A DNA stretch of 64,000 bases from Eledone cirrhosa (lineage: Eukaryota), in the NCBI GenBank assembly GCA_964016885.1, contig OZ024765.1, forward strand, positions 17,980,001 to 18,044,000. Direction: 5' to 3'. Both the position numbers and the translations under genes were made by a program. Position 1 is the first letter of the stretch; every line of letters starts with the position of its first letter. The notes beneath the pieces were generated by a model, which made no database searches, was not told the DNA's origin, and worked only from the letters and a program-made list of their open reading frames with translations. Positions 27,805 to 43,042 of this stretch are shown one piece after another.

Positions 27805-29800
27805 GTGATCTTCTAGAAGACCAGTCCGGTAGTTCAATGGTCAAGCAATGCCTAGTAATTGGTCATCTTCTAGAAGAGCAGTCATCTCACTATAGACCAG
27901 TCTGGCCGTTCAATGGTCAAGCCATACCTGGTAATTGGTCATCTTCTAGAAGACCAGTCATCTCACTATTGACCAGTCTGGCCGTTCAATGTCTAGTAAT
28001 TGGTCATTTTCGAGAAGACCAGTTCGCTCACAATTGACCAGTCCGGTAGTTAAGTGGTCAATACCTAGTAATTGGTCATCTTCTTCTAGAAGACCAGTTC
28101 TCTCACTGTTGACCAGTCCGGTAGTTAAATGGTCAATACCTAGTAATTGGTCATCTTCTTCTAGAAGACCAGTTCTCTCACTGTTGACCAGTCCGGTAGT
28201 TAAGTGGTCAATGCCTAGTAATTGGTCATCTTCTAGAAGACCAGTTCTCTCACAATTGACCAGTCCGGTAGTTAAGTGGTCAATACCTAGTAATTGGTCA
28301 TCTTCTTCTAGAAGACCAGTTCTCTCACTGTTGACCAGTCCGGTAGTTAAATGGTCAATGCCTAGTAATTGGTCATCTTCTAAAAGACCAGTTCTCTCAC
28401 TGTTGACCAGTCCGGTAGTTAAGTGGTCAATGCCTAGTAATTGGTCATCTTCTAGAAGACCAGTTCTCTCACAATTGACCAGTCCGGTAGTTAAGTGGTC
28501 AATATCTAGTAATTGGTCATCTTCTTCTAGAAGACCAGTTCTCTCACTGTTGACCAGTCCGGTAGTTAAATGTCAATGCCTAGTAATTGGTCATCTTCTA
28601 AAAGACCAGTTCTCTCACTGTTGACCAGTCCGGTAGTTAAGTGGTCAATACCTAGTAATTGGTCATCTTCTAGAATACCAGTTCTCTCACAATTGACCAG
28701 TCCGGTAGTTAAGTGGTCAATACCTAGTAATTGGTCATCTTCTTCTAGAAGACCAGTTCTCTCACTGTTGACCAGTCCGGTAGTTAAATGGTCAATGCCT
28801 AGTAATTGGTCATCTTCTAAAAGACCAGTTCTCTCACTGTTGACCAGTCCGGTAGTTAAGTGGTCAATGCCTAGTAATTGGTCATCTTCTTCTAGAAGAC
28901 CAGTTCTCTCACTGATGACCAGTCCGGTACGTAAATGGTTAATGCCCAGTAATTGGTCATCTTCTTCTAGAAGACCAGTTCTCTCACTGTTGACCAGTCC
29001 GGTAGTTAAGTGGTCAATGCCTAGTAATTGGTCATCTTCTAAAAGACCAGTTCTCTCACTGATGACCAGTCCGGTACGTAAATGGTTAATGCCCAGTAAT
29101 TGGTCATCTTCTTCTAGAAGACCAGTTCTCTCACTGTTGACCAGTCCGGTAGTTAAATGGTCAATGCCTAGTAATTGGTCATCTTCTAAAAGACCAGTTC
29201 TCTCACTGTTGACCAGTCCGGTAGTTAAGTGGTCAATACCTAGTAATTGGTCATCTTCTTCTAGAAGACCAGTTTTCTCACTGTTGACCAGTCCGGTAGT
29301 TAAATGGTCAATACCTAGTAATTGGTCATCTTCTTCTAAAAGACCAGTTCTTTCACTGTTGACCAGTCCCGTAGTTAAATGGTCAATGCCTAGTAATTGG
29401 TCATCTTTTTCTAGAAGACCAGTTCTCTCACTATTGACCAGTCCGGTTGTTAAATGGTCAAGCAATACCTGGTAATTGGTCATTTTCTAGAAGACCAGTT
29501 CTCTCACTATTGACCAGTCTGGTAATTAAATGGTCAAGCAATACCTAATAATTGGTCATTTTCTAGAAGACCAGTTCTCTAACTATTGACCAGTCTGGTA
29601 ATTAAATGGTCAAGCAATACTTGGTATCTGGTCATCATCTTCTAGAAGACCACTTATCTCACTATTCAGCAGTCCGGTAGTTAAATGGTCAAGCGATATC
29701 TAGTAATTGGTCATCTTCTTCTAGAAGACCAGTTGTCTCACTGTTGACCAGTCTGGCAGGTCAATGCTAAAGCAATACCTAGTATCTGGTCATCTTCCAC
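27805..29800. repeat. 72/75-bp satellite
   Basis: Unit ttgaccagtccggtagttaagtggtcaatacctagtaattggtca(tct)tcttctagaagaccagttctctcactg at 28034, 28109, 28184, 28256. Decays into related GACC/GGTC-rich sequence up to about 30900. Confidence 0.93.
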
Positions 29801-30327
29801 TCCTTTCTGGCCGTCCCATGACCAAGATTAGCAGAGGCTCGGCTCGACAAATAAACGGTCATCAATGTCTGGTGTTTGGTCATCTCCAACTCCTCTGAGA
29901 TTGTCCGGAGACCAAGGACACCTGAGAACACGATTGTCACCGGACCAAGCAGAAACGGTCCTTCCATGTCTGTCACTCCTATATTGCTGCCCGAGGACCA
30001 GGGATCAGATGCCATGAGAGTGACCAGCTCGATAAATAAAAGGCCTATCAATAGCTTGTGTTTGGTCCACTTTCTCTGGCTGTCCAGAGACCAGGGGCAT
30101 CTGAGGTTGGCTAGTGACCGGCCTGGCAATAAAGTGGTCATCAATGTCTGTTATTTGGTCATCTTCAACACCTCTGGAGCTTTCACGATTGTCACTGGCC
30201 GAAACGGAAACGGACCGTCATTGCCTGGTATTTAATTACCTGTCACTCATCTGTGGCTATCCGGAAACCAAGGACACCGGAGATCTTAGTGGTGACCGTC
30301 ACGGCCATTAAACGGTGACTCAATACC

Positions 30328-30745
30328 TGATATTTGGTCCTCTTTCACTGCTTTCTGGCCGTTTTTGACCAAGAAAACCAGAGGTCACTTTGGTGACCAA
30401 CCCGATAAATAAATGTCTCATCAATAGCTTGCATTTGGACTACTTGTCTCTGGCTGTCCAGAGACCAGGGGCATCAGAGGTCAGGCTGGTGAACAACCGG
30501 ACAAAAAAAAAAGGGCAGCTACTGGCGGATATTTGGTTCTCTTTCACTGCTTTCTGGCCGTTTTTGACCAAGGAAACCAGAGGTCACTTTGGTGACCAAC
30601 CCGATAAATAAATGTCTCATCAATAGCTTGCATTTGGACTACTTGTCTCTGGCTGTCCAGAGACCAGGGGCATCAGAGGTCAGGCTGGTGAACAACCGGA
30701 CGAAAAAAAAAACAGGTCGGCTAATGGCGGATATTTGGTTTTCTT
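30328..30745. repeat. Tandem duplication of about 200 bp
   Basis: ctttcactgctttctggccgtttttgacc...gaacaaccggac occurs twice. Confidence 0.85.
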
Positions 30746-31859
30746 CAATTCCTTTCTAGTCGTCCGTTGACCAAGGACACTGGAGGTCAACGGAGGTCAA
30801 TTGCTCAGCCAATGCCTGGCATTTGGTTATCAATAACTCCTCCCTCTGTGGGAGTCCGGATACCAAAGAAACGAGAGATCCAGATGGTTAATGGCGGAAA
30901 GAGGAACGCTCCGTTAATGTTTGCTGTTTGTAGTCTATGAAATAAATAATTGGATCACAGAGAGATGAGATTTGTTTGAACTAAAGACAATGCTAGGGCG
31001 GACAATGACCTCTGAGGAGGGGGGGAGAGGGCGGTGTAGGTTCGATCAATGCCAGATGATATTATCCTAAGGTAGAAGGTGGCGATGGGGGGAGTTGGGA
31101 GAGCGTTAAAGAGGCAGAACTGGAAGGTGGAGGAGGAGAAGGAGGAGTTGTATTACTGAGAAGTTGGGGAGGGGTGAGGGGTGGGTGGGTGTAAGGCAGA
31201 GGTTTGTTGATAACCAGATGAAAAGGGGGTGGGATGTAGAGAGTGGAATATGCATACACACACGCATGCATATATACATATATGTATATATATACATGTA
31301 TATATATGTACATATATGTATATATATACATGTATATATATGTACATATATACATGTATATATATGTACATATATACATGTATATATATACATATATGTA
31401 CATATATATACATGTATATATATACATATATGTATATATATATATACATATATGTACATATATATACATGTATATATATACATATATGTATATATATATA
31501 TATATATATGTACATATATATACATGTATATATATACATATATGTATATATATACATGTATATATATGTACATATATGTATATATATACATGTATATATA
31601 TGTACATATATACATGTATATATATGTACATATATACATGTATATATATACATATATGTATATATATACATGTATATATATGTACATATATGTATATATA
31701 TACATGTATATATATGTACATATATATATATATATATATACATATATGTATATATATACATGTATATATATGTACATATATGTATATATATACATGTATA
31801 TATATGTACATATATACATGTATATATATGTACATATATACATGTGTATACATGTGTGT

Positions 31860-32132
31860 GGAGGCACGTGGCCCAGTGGTAAGAGTGTTGGACTTACGAT
31901 CATAATGTCGTGGGTTGTGTGTTGTGTTCTTGTGCAAAAAAATTTATTTCACGTTGCTCCGGTAAACTCAGCTGAAAATGAGTACCAGCAATAGCTGGGG
32001 GTTTAACCCTGTGATGGACTGGCGTCCTGTCCAGGGGGGAGTCTTGTACTCTCAGCCGCTTCACGTCATGAAACCGGGATAAGCGCCGGCAAAATGAGTC
32101 TTCTGGCTTAAGACAGACTTTAGACTTTTTTA
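31860..32132 (+). mobile_element. Second-family SINE (V-SINE-like), B-box segment deleted
   Basis: Head ggaggcacgtggcccagtggtaagagtgttggac; core aaccctgtgatggactggcgtcctgtccagggggga; tail agactttagactt. Confidence 0.75.
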
Positions 32133-32134
32133 GT

Positions 32135-32208
<74 letters not shown>

Positions 32209-32212
<4 letters not shown>

Positions 32213-32399
32213 TTAATATAGATGAGATTCTAAAGGACGAGAACTGTTTCATTCCTTAGAAATCATCAGGAATCTCTGATTTCTAAAGAATGAAACAGTT
32301 CTAGTCCTGTAGAATCTCATCTATATTAAAACTTTTATACTCTGCAATGTATTGAGTACCTTACTTACTGTGGTTACCTCCGATTCAACCCGGAATAAC

Positions 32400-32400
<1 letters not shown>
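32209..32400 (+). mobile_element. Fold-back family B, copy 2, with hammerhead on the minus arm (32224-32276)
   Basis: Minus: gagattc-CTGATGA-...-GAAA-cag..ctt-TA-gaatctc. The plus arm has an intact stem III but starts inside the core. Confidence 0.8.
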
Positions 32401-32453
<53 letters not shown>

Positions 32454-32489
32454 CTATCTATATATCTATAAATATCTATATATATATAT

Positions 32490-32551
<62 letters not shown>

Positions 32552-32574
32552 GTATATTTATATATATATGTATA

Positions 32575-32673
32575 CATGGTATCCTTGAAATATGTATGAT
32601 AAAATAGATATGGTTTTATAAATATAGTTTCCATTTGTTAATATCGTATATTTACTCCAAATACTTGTCGAGT
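32575..32673 (+). mobile_element. Fragment of fold-back family G
   Basis: Matches 47468-47541 and the reverse complement of 47163-47190; 3' half of the hammerhead only. Confidence 0.7.
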
Positions 32674-33035
32674 ATGTATATATATACATATGTATATATA
32701 TACATATGTATATATATGTATATGTATACATATGTATATATATGTATATATATACATATGTATATATATCTATATGTATATGTATATATATGTTTTTATA
32801 TTCATACGTGTATATATACATACGTATATATATATATATACATATGTGTATATATATATCTATATATATGTATATGTATATATATATGTATATGTATATA
32901 TACATATGTGTATATATGTATATGTATATATATGTATATGTATATATATATGTATATGTATATATATGAATATGTGTATATATAAATATCTGTATATATG
33001 TATATATACATATGTATATATATATGTATATTTAT

Positions 33036-33066
<31 letters not shown>

Positions 33067-33108
33067 CATATGTATATATATGTATATGTATATATAAGTA
33101 TATGTATA

Positions 33109-33205
<97 letters not shown>

Positions 33206-33330
33206 GTGTGTATGCATATACATTAGTATTAAGAAGCGTTGAACGAATTTGATTTTGGAAAGTGGGTTTGCTTATTGCAAAGCTACTACAACGCAAGTTT
33301 ATCGATAAAATATTCCGGTGGTCATGTTAC

Positions 33331-33440
<110 letters not shown>

Positions 33441-34000
33441 GTAACATATATATTTTGAGTTATAAACTCCAAATACTCTTTTACAATTAAGTAGCTCAAA
33501 GAAAGGAATCTTTCCGAGCCGTGTAATATAATTGGATATATGAGAGGGTTGAACACAGATACAAGTATACACGTGTTCCAATTGCAAATGACCAAGTTAG
33601 CTAGGTTGAAAAATACTAATTTAAAACTATATGGTTTGCCTGTCTCGATTTAAAGTAATAAATCAATAAAAATAACAAACCTATTACAGGCATATAGCCT
33701 ACGATACCCGGACAGGCATGAATCTGTTTCGCAAGGATTATTAAGTGAAAGCTAGAATTCCTGTGCTCTTCTGCGGGTATCCAGGAAAATTCGGACCTTT
33801 CACTTCAAAGGATCTCAGTAGACTGAACGACGCGCGGGTATAAACGCACATGTTACAGCGCTTAACGCGTCTCATACTCATGCCGCTAAAAATTGCAGCT
33901 GGGTTTATGAAACTAAGTTTCATAAACATACACACAGAGCCGAGAATATCATAGATTGAGTTAGAAACTCAAAATAATCTTTTAGAATAGTACTGTATAT

Positions 34001-34155
34001 TTCGAAAGAAATCACCAGAAAAGCCCTGATGATTTCCTTCGAATGAAACAGTTCTACACCCGTAGAAGCCATTTCTATATTACATTTGATGTTTACATCA
34101 AATGTATTGAGTTACTTACCTACTGTGGTTACCCCAGATTGAACACGGGACACAA
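34001..34155 (+). mobile_element. Fold-back family B, diverged copy 3
   Basis: CTGATGA at 34026, GAAAcagttctacacccGTAgaagcc. Short inverted arm 34001-34025. Confidence 0.7.
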
Positions 34156-34167
34156 TAATTTTCATTA

Positions 34168-34343
34168 TTGAATTGGCAGTATCGGTAGAGTGTTGGACGC
34201 CTATATAAGAAACCATCATTATCGTTGTACGTAAAGGGATAGTAAGATTTGCTGGCCACTGCCATTATGCCACCTATGAGGCCGTGTCCCCATTAGTGCT
34301 TTGGAAAACTCAAGCAGTCACTAATAACAGTGGGAACAAACTT
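34168..34343 (+). mobile_element. SINE-RTE chimeric fragment
   Basis: 34200-34343 matches the reverse complement of 50765-50912, including one satellite unit (RFAGHCH...VLWK). Confidence 0.7.
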
Positions 34344-34421
34344 AGTGAGGTTGCCGGTTTAGTCGCCGACGAATCGACCATGCGGCAGGTTTACCAGTAG
34401 CACGCAAGAGTCACCCGACAT

Positions 34422-34465
<44 letters not shown>

Positions 34466-34469
<4 letters not shown>

Positions 34470-34958
34470 GAAAAAGTGGAGAATAACATGGTCAACAGTA
34501 CAAAAAAGGGATTTATTTACAGTCTAACAACTGTTTCACTGATAAAGATGTCTAAAAATTGGTGAACATTAGAAGCAGTGCCACTCAATTTTAAATACGA
34601 TGTTAGCTCTATCAGATCTTCAGAAACAGTTTCTGAAGATCTGATCGAGCTAACATCGCATTTAAAATTGAGTGGCACTGCTTTTAGCGTTCAGCAATTT
34701 TTAGAAATCTTTATCAGTGAAACAATTGTTAGACTGTAAATAAATCCCCTTGTTTGTACTGTTGACCATGTTATTCTCCACTTTTTCAATTGTATTACTC
34801 CAAGATAAACTTACATAGGAGTACAAGTGAAATCATAAACTGGTCATCTACGCAAAGCTCTTGTTGAGTCAAACAAGGCCGTACGTTAAAACTATCCACA
34901 ATAAGAAGTATTCACAACCTCTCACTGGATTACCTATAACGATATTTTGTTATCCTTT
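34466..34958 (+). mobile_element. Fold-back Penelope-like remnant, family F
   Basis: Arms 34466-34627 / 34629-34791 with a 1-nt centre, then a unique tail. (TA)n flanks. Confidence 0.85.
34626..34737 (+). ncRNA. Type I hammerhead ribozyme with long stem II insertion
   Basis: acagttt-CTGAAGA-t.ctgat...atcag.t-GAAAC-AATT-GTT-agactgt. Confidence 0.8.
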
Positions 34959-35059
34959 ATATATATAAGGAACGATCGACTTTCGTCAAATCGGACCGAG
35001 GGAACAATGTTTCCGTTGGTCTTTCCAATTGCTAATACTATCTATCGGTCGCAACTCCA

Positions 35060-35182
35060 GGTAGAAGGAGCAACGTGAAATAAAGTGTCTTGCTCAAGGA
35101 CATAACGCATCGCCTGGTCCAGGAATCGAACTCACAACCTTCCGATTGCGAATCCAATTCTCTAACCACTCAGCCACACGCT
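35060..35182 (-). mobile_element. tRNA-derived SINE head
   Basis: Reverse complement reads gcgtgtggctgagtggttaga...gagttcgattcctggaccagg...ccttgagcaagacactttatttcacgttgc. Confidence 0.8.
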
Positions 35183-35281
35183 GATATTATTATATCCTAG
35201 AAACGATCGTTAAATAATGAACTTTTTTTGTTTAATATAAGGAACTGTTTCATTATTTTATTCATTATTTTTTTAATATTT

Positions 35282-35315
<34 letters not shown>

Positions 35316-36787
35316 AGTGTATGTGTGTATATATGTGTGTGTATCTGTATATATGTGTATATACAGGATGCCGGTATATATATATATATATATAATTCAA
35401 TATAGAAAGGGCTTCTACAGCACTAGATTCGAAGGGACTCACCCTAAATTTTGTGTATACTCTACTAATGTATTGAGTACCCCGATTGAACTCTGGACTC
35501 ACACACACATATATATATATATACATATATACACTCGTGCATACAAACATGCATATAGATACATAAATACATACCTGCTTAACGCATATATGCATACATA
35601 TATACATATATATACATATACATACACACATACATACACACGCACATCCACATACATACATACACACATCCATGCATACATACAAACATACATTGATACA
35701 CACATCCACATATACATACATACAAAGATTCATACATACAGACACGCATACATGCATACATACATATACATACACATATGCATACATATCTACACACATA
35801 CATACACACCTATATATACATACACACATACATACGTACAGACATAAATGAATACAAAGATATACATACATGCATACATATACACTCATACATACACACA
35901 TACATACATATCTACACACATACGTACACACCTATATATATACATACACACACATACATATACAGACATATAAATGAATACAAAGATAAGCATACATACA
36001 TACATATACACACATACATACACACATAATACACACATACATACATACATATCTACATATCTACATACATACATACATACTTACATACATACATACAGAC
36101 ATACATACATATATACATACACACATACATACACACATACATACATACATACCCACACACATACATATACACATACATACATACATACATACATACACAC
36201 ACATACATACATACATACATACACACATACATACACACATACATACACACACATACATACATACATACATACATACATACATACACACATACACACACAC
36301 ATACATACACACATACATACATACATACACACATACATACACACATACATACATACCTACATACATACATACATACATACATACATACAAACACATGCAT
36401 ACACATATACATATCTACATACATACATACATACATACATACATACATACATACATACACACACGCATACACACATACATACATACATACACGCATACAT
36501 ACACACATACATACATATCTACATACATACATACATACATACATACACACACAAATACCTACACACATACATACACACATACTTTCATACACACACACAC
36601 ACACACACACATACACACATACATACTTTCATACACACATACATACACACACACATACATACACAAGAACATACATACACACACACACACATACATACAT
36701 ACTTTCATACACACATACATACACACACACACACATACATACACACACACATACATACATACATACATACATACATACATACATACA

Positions 36788-36819
<32 letters not shown>

Positions 36820-37186
36820 GTAAGTACCAATGAAGGAGAAGAGAGAGATTGGGAAGGGTTAAGATGGCTGCCTTCCTAAGCTTTGATAAGTGTCGCTTTC
36901 CCCATTACTGTAAATGTTTAATTTCTAGCGATGTAGTAGAGTTGGTTATTTATAGCACTAATTTGTTAGAGACATTATAGATTGCGTATACACACAAACA
37001 TATACATATATTTCTATGTATGTATATAAATATGTATATATATATATATATATACATATATATGTATGTATATATATATATATATATGTATGTATATATA
37101 TATATATGTATGTATATATGTGTATGTATGTATATATGTATATATATATATATATGTATATATATCTATAAATATATTTACTCTTT

Positions 37187-37224
<38 letters not shown>

Positions 37225-37242
37225 TATATATATATGTATATA

Positions 37243-37294
<52 letters not shown>

Positions 37295-37309
37295 TATATA
37301 AATATATAA

Positions 37310-37385
<76 letters not shown>

Positions 37386-37492
37386 ATATATATATATATA
37401 TGTATGTATATGTATGTATATGTGTGTATATATATATATATGAATGTAAGTGCCTAAGTATTTATGTGTATTTTCTCTTAAGCAAGTTTATA

Positions 37493-37561
<69 letters not shown>

Positions 37562-37715
37562 GTATATATATACATATGTATATATATACCGTATATATAT
37601 ATGTATATATATATATATACGATATAGATATGTGTGCGTGTATACGGCCAAACACATTTGTATGTATTCTTATATATAAGTATATAGAGCTCTCTATATA
37701 AATTGATATATATAA

Positions 37716-37770
<55 letters not shown>

Positions 37771-37787
37771 TATATATATAGTATATA

Positions 37788-37879
<92 letters not shown>

Positions 37880-38095
37880 TATAACTGATCATGGATTTAT
37901 TACATTTCTATAAAAATGGTCCATGGCGCAGGCAATCTTGGCTATCTTCTCCCCTTCCCCTCTCTTTCTCTCTCTCTCTCCCTATCTCCCTTCCTCTCCC
38001 TCTCTCTCTCCCCCTCCCTCCCTTCGTGTTGCTGTTCCATCTTGTCCGTTATATTCTTCACTGCTATATGCGAAAGTATTTACTCAATATTGATT

Positions 38096-38151
<56 letters not shown>

Positions 38152-38156
38152 ATATG

Positions 38157-38187
<31 letters not shown>

Positions 38188-38260
38188 TTATATATTTATA
38201 TATATATATTTATATATATATATATATATACATAAATATATACATAAATATATACGTGCG

Positions 38261-38292
<32 letters not shown>

Positions 38293-38375
38293 CATATACA
38301 TATATATACATATACAGATATAAATATATATAAATTTATATAAATATATATAAATATATATATAAATATATATAA

Positions 38376-38422
<47 letters not shown>

Positions 38423-38451
38423 TATATATGTAAATAAATATATATAAATAT

Positions 38452-38563
<112 letters not shown>

Positions 38564-38622
38564 TATATATAAATATATATATAAATATATATATATATAA
38601 ATAAATATATATATATATATAA

Positions 38623-38676
<54 letters not shown>

Positions 38677-38864
38677 TGCTATCACTTGTTTCTCCTCCCC
38701 GCGCTCTCCTCCCCTCTATGTCTATGTATTTCTATTTCTCTCAGTCACTCCCTCTAACACAGCAACGTCTCCATTCATTTTCTGTATTTGGCAACAAGCA
38801 AAGGAGACTAAGTATTATGTTCGTGTGAATTGACACCCCAGCCAGTATATAGCTATATATCATT

Positions 38865-39655
38865 ATTAGACGCCATTACAGCAAAGAGTTACTTCCCTTT
38901 ACGGACTGAGTTCAAATCCCGCCGAGGTTAATTTTGCCTTCCATCCTTACGGGGTCGATAAAATTAAGTACCAGTAATACACTGGATAATTTCTGGCCTT
39001 GTGCCAATAGTAGAAACAATTATTAGACGCCATGCTTTGCAGCAAAGAGTTACTTCCCTTTACGGACTGAGTCCAAATCCCGCCGAGTTTAACTTTGCCT
39101 TTCATCCTTACGGGGTCGATAAAATAAAGTACCAGTAATACACTGGGATTATTGCTGGCCTTGTGCCAAAAGTAGAAACAATTATTCGTGGATTGGCAGT
39201 AGAGGTAGAGAGTTGGACGCCATGCTTTGACGCATAGAGTTACGGCCCTTGCCATTCTGAGTTCAAATGCCGCCGAGGTTAACTTTGCCTTTCATCCTTA
39301 CGGGGTCGATAAAATAAAGTACCAGTAATACACTGGGATTATTGCTGGCCTTGTGCCAAAAGTAGAAATTATTTATAGGGCGGTTGATTGGCAGTATCGG
39401 TAGAGGGTCGGACGCCATGCTTTCCAGCATAGTTACGTCCCTTTACGGTCTGATTTCAAATCCCGCCGAATTATGATCCTAAGACCAGGGTCATAATGCT
39501 TTGCAGCAAAGAGTTACAGCCCTTTATGGTCTCAGTTCAAATCCCGCTCAGGTTAACTTTGACTTTCATCCTTACGGGGTTGATAAAATAAAATACCAGT
39601 AATACACTAGGTGATTGCTGGCCTTGTGCCAAAAGTAGAAACAATTATTATTATT
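38865..39655 (+). mobile_element. Tandem array of four to five main-family SINE units
   Basis: Repeated gagttcaaatcccgccgaggttaactttgcctttcatccttacggggtcgataaa. Confidence 0.9.
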
Positions 39656-40045
39656 TTTGCTGTGGAGAGCAAGTTGGCATGGTTAGGTTGTTAAATATGT
39701 CCTCTTTGTAATCTTAAGATCCGTAGTTCGATTTCATTTACTTGGTACTTTGGGAAGAACTTGCTTCAAGGTTGTGTGTGTGTTTGTGTGTGTGTGTGTG
39801 TATATTGTGTATATATGTATGTATGTATGCATGTTCTAGTTTTATATTTTCACAAATTTTTACCAAATGAGAGAGAGTCGGTTTCTAACATAGATACAAG
39901 AATTGGAATTTACACAACCTCAACTAGGTAGATATGTATGCATGTCTGCATCCATGCATGTGTGTGCAGGTATGGATGTGGATGTTTTGAGTTGTATGTG
40001 TGCATGTGTATACGCTTTGTATCTGTACATGTGTATATGCAGTTA

Positions 40046-40270
40046 TTAAATGCAGAATTTTTGGAATGTTTTACATATGTTTACTGTTCCATTAATGGAT
40101 TGTACTTGTAATTTCCTAACTAGTTGTGTTCTTTCTGTTTCTGTGAAGCCCAGCTTCTCAAGATTTGTATTGAGGCTGTTCCTAACATATCCCAGTGCCC
40201 CAATAATGACAGGTATAAATCTGAAGGTATAGTCAGGGTGGAGTATCTGTAGATTTCTCATTAGTTCTGC
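40046..40270 (-). mobile_element. RLE-type non-LTR retrotransposon (R4/Dong-like) C-terminal fragment
   Basis: ELMRNLQILHPDYTFRFIPVIIGALGYV...LQ; the P(V/I)IIGALG motif follows the restriction-like endonuclease. Confidence 0.7.
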
Positions 40271-40489
40271 ATGGATACATGTGTGTGTATGTATGTATGT
40301 ATGTATATATGTATGTATGTATTTATGTATGTATGTATGTGCGTATATATATGTATTTATGTGTATGAATATATGTGTGTACGTATGTGCGTGCGTATGT
40401 AGGTATATATATATATATATATATGTATCTGTGTATGATGCTCATACTTAACTCTCAAGCGATGGCGTTACTCGAAATCAATTTGCAGC

Positions 40490-40528
<39 letters not shown>

Positions 40529-40604
40529 GTATGTATATAAGTGCGGGGTGTACATGCATGTAGGAATGTATGTATGCAGGCTGCATCTATATATAAATAT
40601 GTCA

Positions 40605-41490
40605 TGTCAGGTACCTCTTCAGCGCTACTGGTAACATGTAACCCAGTAAAACCTGTGCATGGTCGGGTCTTCGGTGAATAAACTGGCAACCCGACCAGGC
40701 TTGCTTGCCTGGTGGGGAGTGGGATTTTGGACACCATGCGGGATTAAAAATAAAACTCTTATAGGGCAGAGGCACTCAGAAGAGTCAACGGCAACCCAAT
40801 AAAGTTTTTTTTTTATGGTGCGACAGGCTCCTAGTCTTCATTAAGACATCTCTCTAGAAGAAGGTCACTCTGATATAAAACCTGTGACTTCATATGCATC
40901 TTATGACGTAGACCAGTTCTTCTCTTGGGTTAAATGCATTTGATGTTCAGAGAGTTGGATTGGCCCCGTACAAAGGCTTTCCTCACTTAAAAAGGTTTCA
41001 AGCACAGGCATCGTTTGATATGTGACATTTATTGAGATGCATGGCATCGCTGGTCATCGGCAAGACCCTAGCAGGACTAAAAATCCAGGTCTGTGATCTT
41101 TATTATTAAGTATCTAACGATGTCGTTACTTGAAATCGTGTCGCAGCCATCATCAAACGAGGTAATAGAAAGAGACGGACTGAGGAGTAGTTTACGGGTT
41201 ACCATCAACGTACGACGACGGAAAATGCTTGGCCGTGTGCTATGCATGTCCACAAAGAGACCAATGATGGCCTCCCTTGCCCGGAAGCAGTCTGAGCTCA
41301 TAAAACACAGGGGAGATAGGATCTGGTTGAGATCTGGAGAGGACCTGGCAGACATGAGCCTCACTCTGGAGCAGGGACCTGCTAAGGTTTGTGATCATAC
41401 AAGGCGGTCCCTTAAAAAAACCAGGTTGTTGTCTGTGTACAAAGACCTGACTGGACGGCAGGCCTCTGTCGAGGTTTGCGACCATATAAT
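40605..41490 (+). mobile_element. Internally deleted RTE derivative, second subfamily
   Basis: The first 290 bp or so is a diverged homolog of the 5' end of 41513-42122. The 3' part reads SNEVIERDGLRSSLRVTINVRRRKMLGRVLCMSTKRP, RTE-like. Confidence 0.6.
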
Positions 41491-41512
41491 ATATATATAT
41501 ACATATATATAT

Positions 41513-42117
41513 GGTGGCTGCCAACTCGTTTTCGAGTACGGCCACTACTTTATATCCATGTAGGAGAACCCCTACCAATGCGCTGAACGAGTGTGACTTT
41601 TTAGTCCAGCCAGCGACTTGAAAGCTCTGGTACAAACACTACACTTGTGACAATTATTGACACATAGTGCTGGGCCCATGGTACCATGTGACGACAAGTG
41701 CAGAGAGATCTCCAGATATAAAGCAATGCCTGTGCCGTGAAGCTTTTATAGTGAGCAAAGGCACTGCACAAAGCCAGTCCCACTCTCTTAACCAAGATGA
41801 TATTTACCAAAAAGAAGAACAAGTCAACATCATTGGATACCATCAGAGTTGCAGGTGTTATATCAGAGTTTTCCTTCTCCTAGAATTCTGCCTTGACAAA
41901 GGCTAAGGGGTCATCTCTCCCGGTGATTTTGGATGGCCATTGACTCTTAAGAGCTCCTTTGCCTTTTGACAGGTTTTGTTTTTAGTCCTGCAGGATGTCC
42001 AAAGTCACCCTCCTCACCAAGAAACCTTGGTGGGGTTGCCAGTTTAGTCGCCAACGACCCGACCATGGGACAGGTTGTACTGGAATACATGTTACCAGTA
42101 GCACCAACTGGTGACCT

Positions 42118-42122
<5 letters not shown>
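41513..42122 (-). mobile_element. Short bipartite non-autonomous RTE derivative, copy 2
   Basis: Near-identical to 8831-9441 with the same ends; encodes CSVCTRAFKSLAGLKSHTRSAHW*. Confidence 0.7.
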
Positions 42123-42149
<27 letters not shown>

Positions 42150-42157
<8 letters not shown>

Positions 42158-42211
42158 TAACAGATTAAGGTTTAAGCAAAGAATCGCTGCTTTCACCTTT
42201 AACGGGATCTT

Positions 42212-42251
<40 letters not shown>

Positions 42252-42388
42252 ATAATAATAAATTTGAAGACTAAAATTCAAAGAGGGCTCGATAAGGATA
42301 AATATATATCAAATATATAAGAACCGTAGAAGATCCCGTTAAGGGTGAAAGCAGCGATTCTTTGCTTAAACTTTAATCTGTTATTTTA

Positions 42389-42392
<4 letters not shown>
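42150..42392. mobile_element. Fold-back element, family H
   Basis: 42150-42210 is inverted to 42330-42391. A colinear copy lies at 46265-46408. Decayed core gaaga-tcccgttaagggt-gaaa. Confidence 0.65.
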
Positions 42393-42448
<56 letters not shown>

Positions 42449-42552
42449 GTATGAATATATATATGTATATATATGTATATAAATATATATGTATAAATAT
42501 ATAAATATATATTATATATATAAATATAAATATAAATATATAAATATGTATA

Positions 42553-42637
<85 letters not shown>

Positions 42638-43042
42638 ATATATATATATATATATAGGTAATAACAAAAATAACAAAACAAACGCCACAGTACATAGAAG
42701 AAAAATATTAGTTTAACTTTTGAAATAGGAGGAAGGGAGTTTTAACGTTTCGGACACTAGATGTTCATCACAAGATAGAGTTAGAAATAGAAGATAAATA
42801 GAAAGTAAAGAGTGATGAGAGGAAGGAACGGGGAAATGAGAAAGAAATTGGCGAGAAAAAACATACACGAGCGTATTCAGTCGGCCATCTTGGACAATTA
42901 TATTTATATATATATATATCATTAAAGGACTTTAACATCTGAAACTACTTTGCATTTTCTTATTCTAAATATACTCCGTCACCTTATTTGGAAAAAGTAC
43001 GTTGAGTACTCGAATCGAATTGCAACAAAGTTAACCTTAAGT

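Noticed and set aside
27989-29483. Long ORFs on both strands of the 72/75-bp satellite as a repeat protein
   Set aside because: The unit length is a multiple of 3 and the variation is (TCT) slippage. A 1-bp deletion near 28571 breaks the frame, and I found no splice or homology support.
40605-42122. DNA transposon with long terminal inverted repeats
   Set aside because: The ends are clearly diverged and the right half occurs alone at 8831-9441. Two convergent RTE derivatives fit better.
42030-42122. HDV-like or twister ribozyme at the RTE-derivative 5' end
   Set aside because: Stems exist, but I could not build a full nested pseudoknot consistent in both subfamilies.
42735-42780. Hammerhead on minus (gtgatga...GAAACGTTA)
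   Set aside because: The core C is replaced and there is no convincing stem I; at most a decayed copy.
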